64,000 bases of DNA. Origin: Phycisphaerae bacterium (GTDB taxonomy: Bacteria; Planctomycetota; Phycisphaerae; UBA1845; Fen-1342). A program made the translations under genes and the position numbers. The stretch lies in contig CAXXWX010000023.1 in assembly GCA_963675745.2 (NCBI GenBank), forward strand, positions 96,001 through 160,000, read 5' to 3'. Under the pieces are notes generated by a model. It had not been told where the DNA came from and did not search any database. It saw nothing but the letters and a program-made list of their open reading frames with translations. Each line of letters opens with the position of its first letter. The stretch's first letter is position 1. Below are positions 30,481 through 40,566 of this stretch, piece after piece.

Positions 30481-30979
30481 CGGTTGAGTATCCGGCCGAG
30501 GACACGCATCTCCTCGCGCCGGCGTTTAACGACGCTGTTCTAATATTCGCCCTTTCTCCTCCAGGCTTGCGCCAATGTAAGACTAGGTTTGAGCGCGTGA
30601 GCCGGTAATGCCGAGACCGGATGGTGCGTTCCGGTCTCGGCTACATGTTGACCGACGGCACTCGGGTGGATTAACCCAATCCAATGCCCCCTGCCCTCCC
30701 GAGTGCCCGATTAGCGGGTCGGTGCCAGACCCCCCTCCTCTTGGCGCCGGCTCGCCGGGACGTTTCGCAGAGCTACCCCCCCGGCTCACGCGATACGCCC
30801 CCGCGGCCCGGGGTCGGGCAAGAGTCCCGTGCCCCAGCTTGCTCGACCCGGGCGCACTTTTTTTTGATCGTCCCTTATCAATGGGGAGTAGTCGAAACTC
30901 CGGCTGGCGCCGGCCTGAGGTGGGATTCCCGCGCCCGAGACAAACGACTCGGGCCCAAACTGCGATCATGCGCTACAGA

Positions 30980-31052
30980 TGAGGATGCAGGGACTCGAAC
31001 CCTGGACCCACGGCTTAAAAGGCCGTTGCTCTACCGACTGAGCTACATCCCC
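30980..31052 (-). tRNA. tRNA-Lys(TTT), CCA not encoded
   Basis: Reverse complement GGGGATGTAGCTCAGTCGGTAGAGCAACGGCCTTTTAAGCCGTGGGTCCAGGGTTCGAGTCCCTGCATCCTCA forms a cloverleaf with anticodon TTT. Confidence 0.97.
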
Positions 31053-31281
31053 GATGCTCAGGCCCGACCACGACACGATACACCTGGGCCGGTCCGGGCG
31101 CCGCGAACGTTGGATTATAGCAATCCCGCATCCGCACACAACGCGTTACCGTGCCCGGGCCGGCGTGGGAGCGTCCGCGCGGCGACACTGAGTGGTATAG
31201 GCCCGCGGCGGCTGGGCGGTCGGACCCGCCGATGTCCTGCCAACAGCTTGCCGCTGGGCGTGAGCATGCCACAATGATCCC

Positions 31282-34200
31282 GTGAGCAGTACAGGCCCCG
31301 ACGAGAATGGAGCACCGACCCGGCCACGCCGGCGGCGATTGCGCCGACGGTTGACCTATGGAGTCGGCTGCGCGCTGCTGATCGCGGTGGTCGGATTCGG
31401 CGCGCTCTTTGCGTATCGCACGCGTCCGGCGCGCCTGCGCGCCGGCATCGCAGAACTCTTCACCACCGTCGCAAACGCGGACGTGCGAATCGACAGCGTC
31501 ACCTTCTCTCCGTGGTTTGGCCTCCAGGTCACCGATCTGGATGTCGGACTCGGCGCGGATGCCCCGTTGCACCGCCAGGTGGACGAACCGGCGCAGCTTC
31601 CGATTCTGCGCATCAACGATCTGCGCGTGCGCTGCAAACTGTGGCCTCTGCTTTGGGGCCGCTTCGAGCCGACATCCGTACACGCGGGCAGCGTAACGTT
31701 GAGCCTGATCAGAAGCTCAACCGGCGATGGCAACATAACGTTCACCGGCTTGAGCAAGCCGCGACCCTATTCAACCGGGCAGCATCTGCCATTGTTCAAC
31801 CTCGACCGCGTGCAGATCCAGTTGTGGTCGGTTGAAGAGCGACGCTTACGCCTGCGCGAGCAATGGCGGGTCTCGGTACACGGGCGCACGGAGAAGACGC
31901 GGTCCATCGTGCGCGTCGACCACGTCGGCGGCCCCGCCACCCAGCCGCTCGCCCAAGCCGAACTCGCAGCCGCGAGTGGCGCGCTGCAAATCAGCGTCGG
32001 GTGGCTGTCACTGGACAGTCTGCGCCAGGCGGCACGTCACGCAAACGTTCCCGCGGCGGTTAGCGACCTGCTCGGAAGATTCAACGTGCAGGGCAAACTG
32101 CGGCTTGATCGCATGGTCCTGAATGACTGGCACCTGACCGGCGCCCAGGTGACGCTCAGCGAATTGCGCGGCTCCGTCCCCGTGGAGGATGACGAATCTT
32201 ACAGTCGTGATGGGGCGCCGGCCGACCGCTATCTGGTGTTTGACGGAGGCGCCGGCCAACTCAGCCTCACCGACCATGCACTCACCGGCGAGCTTCACGC
32301 CCGCCTGCACGACGCGGCCGCCACGGTCACGCTGCGCGCCACGGCACCGGCGGGACCGCTGCGCCTGAACGCCGAGTCGCTCGACCGCTGGTTGGTCAAC
32401 CTGGAATTCACGGCGCGCGAGATTACGCTGCCGACGCTCGCCTCGCACCCCGCGTTCGTCAGGTCCCCGCGTCTGCCCGATCCGGTACGGGCCTTCTTCA
32501 AGGACTATCAGCCGGATGGGCAGTTGAACGTAGTGGTGCGAGCCGAAAGGGCGCCGGGCCTGTCGTGGGATGTCAGCGGGAGCATAGAAGGGCTCGGGGC
32601 CACCTGTCGCTATTATCGCTTCCCATACACAATGACCGACGCGCGCGGCATGGTTCGCTTCAAGAACAACCACGTATGGCTCGACGGCCTGCGGGCGCGG
32701 CACGGCAGCGGCACAATCCACGGCGACGGGCGCCTGGATGAGCCGCGCCACTGGACCGGGTTTGCCCTGCGCTTTCGGGCGACGAATGTTCCACTTGACG
32801 GCGAGTTGTACGCGGCATTGCCGGCCGAATACCGCAGGCTATGGGACCAGACCCACCCAATCGGCCTCGCCGACATAGACGTATCTCTCACGCGGCCGTC
32901 CAGCACGCGGGCCGCGGGCGCCAAGCCGACATCCACGGACGTGTCGGCGCGTTTGATGCTGGGAAGTGTCGCGCTTGATGAGCGGCGCATCGGGCCCGCC
33001 GAGGGATTGGTGACGATCAAGGAGGGGGTGATCGACGTTCGTGATCTGCGCGGCATGTATTCCGGCGCGACGGCCCAACTCGACGGGCGATTGCACGCCT
33101 CGACCGCGGGCGACGGTGAAGCATGGCAGTTCTCACTGGGCAACCTGACGGTGAGTCAGACGACCAGCCTCGGCGCCGCCGGCGACACCGCGACAGACGA
33201 GCCAATCGGACTGCGGTTCGACGGCGCTGTGGATGTCTGGGGGCAGGCCTGGTCGTCCGCCTCGCCTGACGGGCTTGAGAACCACGTGGCGGCCCGCGTG
33301 CTGGATGGCCGCCTCGATTCGTTCGCCCAGGATGAAAGCTGGCACGTCACGGATGGTTGGCTCAACACGCAAGCGGGTCGCTCGCAGATCGTCGGTGTAA
33401 GTTGCACCAGCGACGCCGGCTCATTGACGGCCAGTGGCGAGATCGGCCCGGACACTGGGGATCGAGATCTCCGCCTGCGCCTGAACGCCCGGGCAAATTC
33501 CATGGGACAACTGCTGCGTCAGCTTGTTCCGCCGCGCTGGGCCCGCGTCACCGACCGCCTGGGCCTGGCCGGAGCTGGGGAAATGACGGTTAGCATCGGG
33601 CGCGACTCGGCGGCGGATCCCAATCAGTTGGCCTCGATCGACATCACCGCCGACAAGATGCGTCCGCAGCCGTTTCCGCTCGACTTTCGGAATGTCCGCG
33701 GACGGGTCGTCCTTGACGCCGACGGTTTCCAACTGGAAGAGACGCACGCCGCGTTCGGCGGCGACGCGCATGTGGTCATGGGTGGCGAGGGCCGCTGGGG
33801 CGTTCCCGGCGCAGAATCGCGCTTGACCATCAACGCGCGCCACGTGCCGATCAACGATGAGCTGATCGCCGCCATGCCGGAGGGCCTGCGGGATCTGCTG
33901 CGCAGGCTGAGTCCCACCGGCACGCTCAGTGCGGCGCTGGATGAGTTCGCCATTTCGATGACGGGCGATCGCCGCTGGGAGGTACATGGCACGCTGTCGT
34001 TCGAGGCGGCCGAACTCGATCTCGGGCTCGAGCTGACTGACTTCTCGGGGCAACTGCGCGCCGCGCGGCCGCGCGGCGTGGTTGTGACCGGCAACCAGGT
34101 TAATCTGGACTCCGATTTCCAACTGGATGCGGCCATGCTGGCCGGCCGCCCGTTGCGCGACTGTGAGGGACGCCTGTACGTGGTGCCCGGAGATCCGCGC

Positions 34201-34878
34201 GTTCACATCGAGGACGTGAGCGGCCTGTTGTGCGGCGGCGAGCTGCGTGGCTTTGGCGCTATCAATACGCGGACCGGCGAGCACGAGATCTCCGTAAGGC
34301 TGCGGAATATCGTCCTCGAGCAGTTCCTGCTGCGCGACGGGGATGATGCGCTGAGCGCGGCGGCGCCCGGGCCGAGTGGGGTCGACGCCCGGCTCGACGG
34401 GCACGTGTTCGTGCGGGGTACTGGGAGGAACGCCGGTAGTCGGCGCGGCGGCGGGGCGCTTACGATTCGCCACGCGGCCACCGCCCGGACACCCATTCTG
34501 GCGTCACTGGCCGAGGCCGGCCGGCGCACGCAGCGCGGGTTGGGCAGCCGAGCGGAGCGGATCGAATTGCGGTTTGACTGGGAGGGCTCGATCTTCTTCA
34601 TCAAATGGGTGGGCATTGAGATGGGTGGCACGCGACTCGAAGGTCAAGGTCGCTGGCACACGCGCACGGGAGCGATCGACCTTACGCTCGTCGCCGCCCC
34701 GCCCGACCTTCCCGACACGCCGATTCTCGATCTGATCAATATCGCGCGCGAAGACCTGGTTCAATACCGCGTGACCGGGACGGTCGATGAGCCGCGCGTG
34801 ACGCTGCAACCGCTGCACAATGTGACTGACGCGTTGCGCGAGGCGCTCAGCGCCGGCGGTCGCCGATCGCCGCGCTGA
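31282..34878 (+). CDS. AsmA-like (YhdP/TamB-type) large beta-taco protein
   Basis: N-terminal TM anchor, long repeated beta-rich units (FPY...G...F), C-terminal LVQYRVTGTVDEPRV. Confidence 0.8.
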   Translation: MSSTGPDENGAPTRPRRRRLRRRLTYGVGCALLIAVVGFGALFAYRTRPARLRAGIAELFTTVANADVRIDSVTFSPWFGLQVTDLDVGLGADAPLHRQVDEPAQLPILRINDLRVRCKLWPLLWGRFEPTSVHAGSVTLSLIRSSTGDGNITFTGLSKPRPYSTGQHLPLFNLDRVQIQLWSVEERRLRLREQWRVSVHGRTEKTRSIVRVDHVGGPATQPLAQAELAAASGALQISVGWLSLDSLRQAARHANVPAAVSDLLGRFNVQGKLRLDRMVLNDWHLTGAQVTLSELRGSVPVEDDESYSRDGAPADRYLVFDGGAGQLSLTDHALTGELHARLHDAAATVTLRATAPAGPLRLNAESLDRWLVNLEFTAREITLPTLASHPAFVRSPRLPDPVRAFFKDYQPDGQLNVVVRAERAPGLSWDVSGSIEGLGATCRYYRFPYTMTDARGMVRFKNNHVWLDGLRARHGSGTIHGDGRLDEPRHWTGFALRFRATNVPLDGELYAALPAEYRRLWDQTHPIGLADIDVSLTRPSSTRAAGAKPTSTDVSARLMLGSVALDERRIGPAEGLVTIKEGVIDVRDLRGMYSGATAQLDGRLHASTAGDGEAWQFSLGNLTVSQTTSLGAAGDTATDEPIGLRFDGAVDVWGQAWSSASPDGLENHVAARVLDGRLDSFAQDESWHVTDGWLNTQAGRSQIVGVSCTSDAGSLTASGEIGPDTGDRDLRLRLNARANSMGQLLRQLVPPRWARVTDRLGLAGAGEMTVSIGRDSAADPNQLASIDITADKMRPQPFPLDFRNVRGRVVLDADGFQLEETHAAFGGDAHVVMGGEGRWGVPGAESRLTINARHVPINDELIAAMPEGLRDLLRRLSPTGTLSAALDEFAISMTGDRRWEVHGTLSFEAAELDLGLELTDFSGQLRAARPRGVVVTGNQVNLDSDFQLDAAMLAGRPLRDCEGRLYVVPGDPRVHIEDVSGLLCGGELRGFGAINTRTGEHEISVRLRNIVLEQFLLRDGDDALSAAAPGPSGVDARLDGHVFVRGTGRNAGSRRGGGALTIRHAATARTPILASLAEAGRRTQRGLGSRAERIELRFDWEGSIFFIKWVGIEMGGTRLEGQGRWHTRTGAIDLTLVAAPPDLPDTPILDLINIAREDLVQYRVTGTVDEPRVTLQPLHNVTDALREALSAGGRRSPR

Positions 34879-34949
34879 TTGGCCACAGGCGCGTCCCCGA
34901 CTCCCGCCCCCCGCGGTATCACAGCACTTCCAACAGTGAGCGGCCCCTG

Positions 34950-36638
34950 CTATTCGAGGTAGCCCAGATCGCTGAGGCGCTGCTGCAGGATGCGCTTCTC
35001 TTCCTCGCTGTAAACCTCGTCGTGCGCCTCGGCCTCTTTCTTGATGGGCGGCTCATGCTCGACGACGAGCTTGGTGGAGAAGGCTCCGTCGATGACATGA
35101 CCTTCCATGTCGGCCGGCACGCGCAGACCCAGCAGCGCCAGCAACGTCGGGGCCACGTCGCCGATGTCCGCCGAAACGCGCACGCCGGGAGCGACATGCG
35201 GGCCGCCAATCGCCAGCACCCCCTCCACGCGGTGCGTGCCCTCCAGGCGTTTCAGTGACGACCAGCGCACCAGCCGGCTGCCGCGGATCTTACGCACGAC
35301 CGCGAGCCCCGGTTGCGGCACGAGCATCAGGTCGGGCAAGTCCGGGCTGTCATCGCGACTGCAACCGTACAGCTCTTCGGTCTTGTGGACTTCCGTGAAT
35401 ATCTTGACTGACTTGCCACGCGCGTTGCGCGTCTCGGCGCTGAGAAAGCGGGCGATCAGGTCGTCGCGAATCCGCTCGTAGTCAGCCGGGTCCACGATCC
35501 CGTGTGGGCCGCGGCCTTTGAGGTTGAGGTACAGGAAACCATAAATGCCCGCGTGCATTACACAGGCCTTGGTGCGTGACCAATCCACCGCCAGGTCGGA
35601 CTCGATGCCACGATTGCCCTGCTCGAAGCGCGTCATCTTGCCTTTGGAGAGGCGGTACAGCCAGTGGCGCGCGCGCGTCGCCGCCCGCTGTAGCGGGCTG
35701 TCGAGCGACAGGTAGCCCCAGCGGTGCAGCAGCAGATTCGCCTGGGCCTTTCCGTCGAGACTGCCATGCCCGTGGTCGGACATGATCAGCACGCCGGCTT
35801 CGCGCTGCTCGGCATACTTGAAAAACTTGAGCAACACGTCATCGAGGCGGCTGAAACACGCCGCGGCCATCTCCGCCTGCCGCGGGTAGTTCTTGTTGAA
35901 ACGCGGGTCCAGATACTTCCACGCCTTGTGCTGCAGGTTATCGACCAGCTTGAACATGACCATCAACACATCCCAGCCGTAGCGTTCGCCGCAGTAGCGC
36001 GCCAGATCCCAGCCCTGGTCAAAGCTGTTGGATATGTAGTCGAGGTTGGTGGCCAGCACGTCCTGCCCGCCGAGCGCCTTGCGCTGCCAGTTCGTGCGAT
36101 AGTTGTAATGCGGCAGGACGTCGAAAATCTCCTGCTTCAGTTCACGCGGATAGGTGAATTCCGCGTCGATGCTGGGGGTCTCAAAGCCGCTGATCATGAA
36201 GCCGTTGACCGGATGGGGTGGATAGGTCATCGGCACGTTGATGCTGCCGACGCGCAGCCCCTTGTCGCTGAGTATCTGCCAGATGGTTTTTTCGCGAATC
36301 TCATAGGTGCTGTTGAACGAGAGCTGTCCGTCCGCGACGCTGTACTTCTCGAAGTCGATGATGCCGTGGCGTCCGGGCCCCTTGCCGGTCATGAAGGTCG
36401 TCCAGGCGGCCGGTGTGATCGGCGGCATCGTCGAGCGCAGCACGCCCGCCGCGCCGTTGGCCACAAAACGCTTCAGGTTTGGCATACGGCCGGACTCCAT
36501 CATCGGGTCCAGCACGTCAAACGTGGCGCCGTCGAGCCCCAGAATCAAAACCCGTTTGAGAATCGGCTTGAGCGGCCGAGGTGCGGATGCCTCCGGCATG
36601 GCCTGGGGTGCCCGCACCGCCGCGGTTGTCTCACTCAT
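34950..36638 (-). CDS. AlkP-superfamily phosphodiesterase/phosphohydrolase (nucleotide pyrophosphatase type), cytoplasmic, with LxxLGYxE tail
   Basis: LGLDGAT, STMPPITPAAWTTFMTG, DNLQH, MSDHGH, GTHR; ends EEEKRILQQRLSDLGYLE. Confidence 0.9.
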   Translation of the reverse strand: MSETTAAVRAPQAMPEASAPRPLKPILKRVLILGLDGATFDVLDPMMESGRMPNLKRFVANGAAGVLRSTMPPITPAAWTTFMTGKGPGRHGIIDFEKYSVADGQLSFNSTYEIREKTIWQILSDKGLRVGSINVPMTYPPHPVNGFMISGFETPSIDAEFTYPRELKQEIFDVLPHYNYRTNWQRKALGGQDVLATNLDYISNSFDQGWDLARYCGERYGWDVLMVMFKLVDNLQHKAWKYLDPRFNKNYPRQAEMAAACFSRLDDVLLKFFKYAEQREAGVLIMSDHGHGSLDGKAQANLLLHRWGYLSLDSPLQRAATRARHWLYRLSKGKMTRFEQGNRGIESDLAVDWSRTKACVMHAGIYGFLYLNLKGRGPHGIVDPADYERIRDDLIARFLSAETRNARGKSVKIFTEVHKTEELYGCSRDDSPDLPDLMLVPQPGLAVVRKIRGSRLVRWSSLKRLEGTHRVEGVLAIGGPHVAPGVRVSADIGDVAPTLLALLGLRVPADMEGHVIDGAFSTKLVVEHEPPIKKEAEAHDEVYSEEEKRILQQRLSDLGYLE

Positions 36639-36883
36639 TTCGCTCACCTCGCTGCACAACCGCGCTGCCGGCCGAATCCCGCCACCGCCGGCACGCGGTC
36701 AGGTTGATGTGTGAGTATACGCCTCCTCGTTGTTTCTGTCATGCGCCGCCCGATTCGACCGCAAACCGGGCGCGGGCGAGATGTAGCGGCCACGACCTTA
36801 CTTCCCGGGCTCTTTGCGGATAACATCAGCGGATAAGCAGATCCCCCTGATCGGCTGACTTCCTGGTCGCGAGGTGGCTGGCC

Positions 36884-37303
36884 ATGCCCCGCAATTTCGG
36901 TGACGACTCGCACGTTGATGACTGGTCGCGGAGCATCCACGACATGATCGAGGAGATGCACAACCGCACCTTCTTCCAGTTTCGCGACGCCCGCGCCTGG
37001 CAACCCGCCACCAACGTCTACGAAGGCGAACAGGCCTACTTTATCTGCGTTGACCTGGCCGGTATCGAGGAAAACCAGGTCAGTGTGGAGTGCATCGAGG
37101 ATCGACTGGTCGTCATTACCGGCGCGCGCCGCAAACCCCGCCCCGATCAGCACGACGGACCGCTGAGCGTGCTGGTCATGGAGATCGACGAAGGGCCGTT
37201 CCGCCGCCAGATCGAGTTGCCGGACCTTGTTGACGGTGGCGCTGTCGAAGCTGCTTACCGCAAGGGATACCTATGGATTCATCTGCCAAAGAAGAAAGCG
37301 TAG
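36884..37303 (+). CDS. Hsp20/alpha-crystallin small heat-shock protein
   Basis: WQPATNVYE, VDLAG, EIDEGPFRRQIELP, AAYRKGYLWIHLPK; directly upstream of lon. Confidence 0.9.
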   Translation: MPRNFGDDSHVDDWSRSIHDMIEEMHNRTFFQFRDARAWQPATNVYEGEQAYFICVDLAGIEENQVSVECIEDRLVVITGARRKPRPDQHDGPLSVLVMEIDEGPFRRQIELPDLVDGGAVEAAYRKGYLWIHLPKKKA

Positions 37304-39867
37304 GACAGGCCGAGAGGCCCGATACCGGCAACGAAGACGCCGAGGCGCACGACTCCCTGTCGGAAGACGATGGGCAGGCCGGTATCAAGCGCGTCCCGCA
37401 TGAAATCGCCGTGCTGCCCGTACGCCGGGTGGTCATTTTCCCAGGGACAATCGTCCCGCTGACCATCGGGCGCGAGAAGTCCAAACGCCTGATTGATGCG
37501 GTGCTAGCCGGCGAGAAGCTCGTGGCCGTGTTCACGCAGCGCGACGAGTCTGTCGAGGATCCCGGAATCGAGGACGTCTATCGCGTCGGTACGATCGCGC
37601 GCGTGCTCAAGCTGCTGCAAATGCCCGATGGCAGCCACAGCCTGCTGGTACACGGCGTCTCCCGCATCGGACTGGAGAGATTCGTCGAGACCGAGCCCTA
37701 CTGGAAAGCGATAGTCAACCCGCACCAGGACGACCCGGGCACCTCGCTGGAAACCGAAGCACTGGCGCACAGCGCACGCCGCAGCGCTGAGCAAGTCATC
37801 GAACTGAGCCAGAACGTGCCTGATGAAGCGCGCACCATGCTGGCCAACATCGACAAACCCGGCCCCCTGGCCGATTTCCTGGCCGCCAATCTCTCGCTCG
37901 GCCTGGTTCAAAAGCAGGAGCTGCTCGAGACTTTCGATATCGCCGACCGGCTGCGCAAGGTCAACGTCACGCTCAACAACCAGCTCGAGGTTCTCCAGCT
38001 TTCAAACAAGATCCAGACGGACGTACGCCAGCAGATCGACAGCACTCAACGTAAGTACTTCCTCCACGAACAGCTCAAGGCCATTCAGAAGGAGCTCGGC
38101 GAGGACGACGGCCAGCAACAACAAATGGCCGAGCTCCGCAAGCGCATTGACGCCGCCGCCATGCCCGAGGTTGTGCTCAAGGAGGCCAATCGCGAGCTCG
38201 ATCGGCTCCAGCGCATCTCGCAGAACTCGCCCGAGCACGGGGTCATACGCGATTACCTCGATTGGCTCTGTGACATGCCCTGGCAGCACGAAACCAAGGA
38301 CAAGCTCGACCTGGCCCGCGCCGAACGCATCCTCGACGAGGACCACTACGGACTCGAGAAGATCAAACGCCGCATCCTCGAGTATCTGGCGGTTCGCAAG
38401 CTCAAGCCCGACGGCAAAGGACCGATCCTGTGCTTTCACGGCCCGCCCGGCGTCGGCAAAACCTCACTCGGTAAGAGCATCGCGCGCGCGCTCGGCCGCA
38501 AGTTCATCCGGATCGCGCTCGGCGGCGTGCGCGACGAGGCCGACATCCGCGGGCACCGCCGCACGTACATCGGCGCGATTCCCGGACGCATCGTCCAGGA
38601 GATTCGCAAGGCCGGCTCGCGCAATCCCGTCGTGATGCTCGACGAACTCGATAAACTCGGCGCGGACTTCCGTGGCGACCCGGCATCGGCGCTGCTTGAA
38701 GTGCTCGACCCCGAGCAGAATCACACATTCACCGATCACTACCTCAGCGTGCCCTTCGATCTCTCGCACGTGCTCTTCATCGGGACCGCCAATTACATGG
38801 ACCCGGTCGCGCCGGCGCTGTTGGACCGCATGGAAATCCTGGGGCTGGCCGGCTATACCACCGCCGAAAAGATGGAGATTGCCAAGCGCTACCTCGTCAA
38901 GCGCCAGCTCGATCAGAATGGTCTGACCGGGCGTAAGATCAAATTCGAGGACGACTCCATTCGCACGATCATCGAGAACCACACGCGTGAGGCCGGCGTG
39001 CGTAATCTCGAACGTCTCATCGGCTCCGTCTGCCGCGGCATAGCCGCCAAGGTCGCCCGTAAAACGCGCATCTCTAAGGTCGTGCGCCCCGAAGACCTTC
39101 AGCAGTACCTCGGAGCGCAGCGCTTTGAGCGCGAGACCGCCCTCGATGATGCGCCGGCCGGCGTGGCAACCGGCCTGGCCTACACACCCGTGGGCGGCGA
39201 TTTGATCTTCATCGAGGCCCTCGCCATGCCCGGGCGCGGCGGCTTCCAGCTCACCGGCCAGATTGGCGATGTCATGCGCGAGTCGGCCCAGGCCGCCCTC
39301 TCGCTCGTGCGCTCGCGGGCCGCACGGTGGGGCATATCGCTCGAAAACCTGCCCGACGTTGACCTGCACGTACACGTACCGGCCGGTGGAATACCGAAGG
39401 ATGGACCGTCCGCGGGCGTGGCCATCGTCAGCGCGCTTTTGTCACTCATCCTCGACACTCCCGTGCGGCGGCGCCTCGGCATGACCGGCGAAATCACACT
39501 GAGTGGGCGCGTCTTGCCGATCGGCGGGCTGAAGGAAAAGCTCCTGGCCGCTCACCGCGCCGGATTGGACACGATCATCCTGCCGGATCGAAATCAGCCG
39601 GACCTCGACGAGGTTCCCCAGGATGTACGCGACGACCTCAAGCTCATCTTTGCCAAACGGATCGAAGATGTGATCGAGGTGGCGTTGCCGGAGGCACTCG
39701 CCGTGGGTAAACCCAAACCTCGGCGCGGGACAATAAAGGCCAAACGCGGTCGCGCCGCGACCAGGAAGGCCGCCGCTGCCAAGCGCGGCAAGACCAGGAA
39801 GGCGGCGAAAAGCAAGAAAACCGCCCGGAAAACGAAGGCCCGCCGCACCAAGGCCGTGGCGCGTTGA
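37273..39867 (+). CDS. lon: ATP-dependent protease La with basic C-terminal tail
   Basis: Lon N-domain, Walker A GPPGVGKT, RGHRRTYIG, DELDK, PKDGPSAG, IGGLKEK. Confidence 0.97.
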   Translation: MDSSAKEESVGQAERPDTGNEDAEAHDSLSEDDGQAGIKRVPHEIAVLPVRRVVIFPGTIVPLTIGREKSKRLIDAVLAGEKLVAVFTQRDESVEDPGIEDVYRVGTIARVLKLLQMPDGSHSLLVHGVSRIGLERFVETEPYWKAIVNPHQDDPGTSLETEALAHSARRSAEQVIELSQNVPDEARTMLANIDKPGPLADFLAANLSLGLVQKQELLETFDIADRLRKVNVTLNNQLEVLQLSNKIQTDVRQQIDSTQRKYFLHEQLKAIQKELGEDDGQQQQMAELRKRIDAAAMPEVVLKEANRELDRLQRISQNSPEHGVIRDYLDWLCDMPWQHETKDKLDLARAERILDEDHYGLEKIKRRILEYLAVRKLKPDGKGPILCFHGPPGVGKTSLGKSIARALGRKFIRIALGGVRDEADIRGHRRTYIGAIPGRIVQEIRKAGSRNPVVMLDELDKLGADFRGDPASALLEVLDPEQNHTFTDHYLSVPFDLSHVLFIGTANYMDPVAPALLDRMEILGLAGYTTAEKMEIAKRYLVKRQLDQNGLTGRKIKFEDDSIRTIIENHTREAGVRNLERLIGSVCRGIAAKVARKTRISKVVRPEDLQQYLGAQRFERETALDDAPAGVATGLAYTPVGGDLIFIEALAMPGRGGFQLTGQIGDVMRESAQAALSLVRSRAARWGISLENLPDVDLHVHVPAGGIPKDGPSAGVAIVSALLSLILDTPVRRRLGMTGEITLSGRVLPIGGLKEKLLAAHRAGLDTIILPDRNQPDLDEVPQDVRDDLKLIFAKRIEDVIEVALPEALAVGKPKPRRGTIKAKRGRAATRKAAAAKRGKTRKAAKSKKTARKTKARRTKAVAR

Positions 39868-40105
39868 AACCGCCCGCGCACGGCCATAACCGGGGCTGCC
39901 GGCCCGGTTCCGCTGATAAATACTGCTGGAGAGAGAACTTAACACTGCACCTCCCTGAGAAATCCGCTTGAACGCACCCCGCTGACACCTTAACATGATG
40001 CTCTTGCACGCGTTAGGCATGGCGGCCGGGTGCCGTGCCTCGTGCTTCAACGACGAACCGACTCGGGAGAGCATCCGTCGGCGGGCGGAGCTCATACTGG
40101 GGAAG

Positions 40106-40459
40106 ATGATGACGACGATCACCAAGAAAGACTTGGTTGACCGCATCGCCGGTCGCACCAGCCAGCGGCGCGTTTTGGTTAAACAGGTTGTCCAGGCCTT
40201 TCTCGATGAGATCATCAACGAGTTAGGTCAAGGTAACCGCTTGGAGTTCAGAGACTTCGGCGTATTTGAAGTCAAAGCGCGCGCCGCACGCATCGCTCAA
40301 AACCCCAAGACGCTCGAGCGCGTCAACGTACCCGGTAAGCGCACCGTGAAATTCAAGGTTGGGCGCCTGATGAAGGAGCAGCTCGCAGGCGCGAGCGACT
40401 CGCTGAAAATTCCAGCCCCACCGGCCGTTGCCACTCCAGAGCAGAACGTCGGCTCCTAA
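40106..40459 (+). CDS. HU/IHF-family DNA-binding protein
   Basis: TITKKDLVDRIA, RLEFRDFGVFEV, AQNPKT, VKFKVG. Confidence 0.93.
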   Translation: MMTTITKKDLVDRIAGRTSQRRVLVKQVVQAFLDEIINELGQGNRLEFRDFGVFEVKARAARIAQNPKTLERVNVPGKRTVKFKVGRLMKEQLAGASDSLKIPAPPAVATPEQNVGS

Positions 40460-40566
40460 CAGGTCGCGGCAGCGAGTGCATGGCAGTCCTGACGCAGCCG
40501 CATGCGGGCCTGCTATCTCCGCCTGACCGCCAACAACCAATCCAACTCATGAGGCAGCAGTAGCTT

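Noticed and set aside
39866..39910. c-di-GMP-I riboswitch-like 3' end (CGGGGCTGCCG)
   Set aside because: The 5' GGCAAA/GAAA/GACGCAAA elements are absent; more likely a simple hairpin after lon
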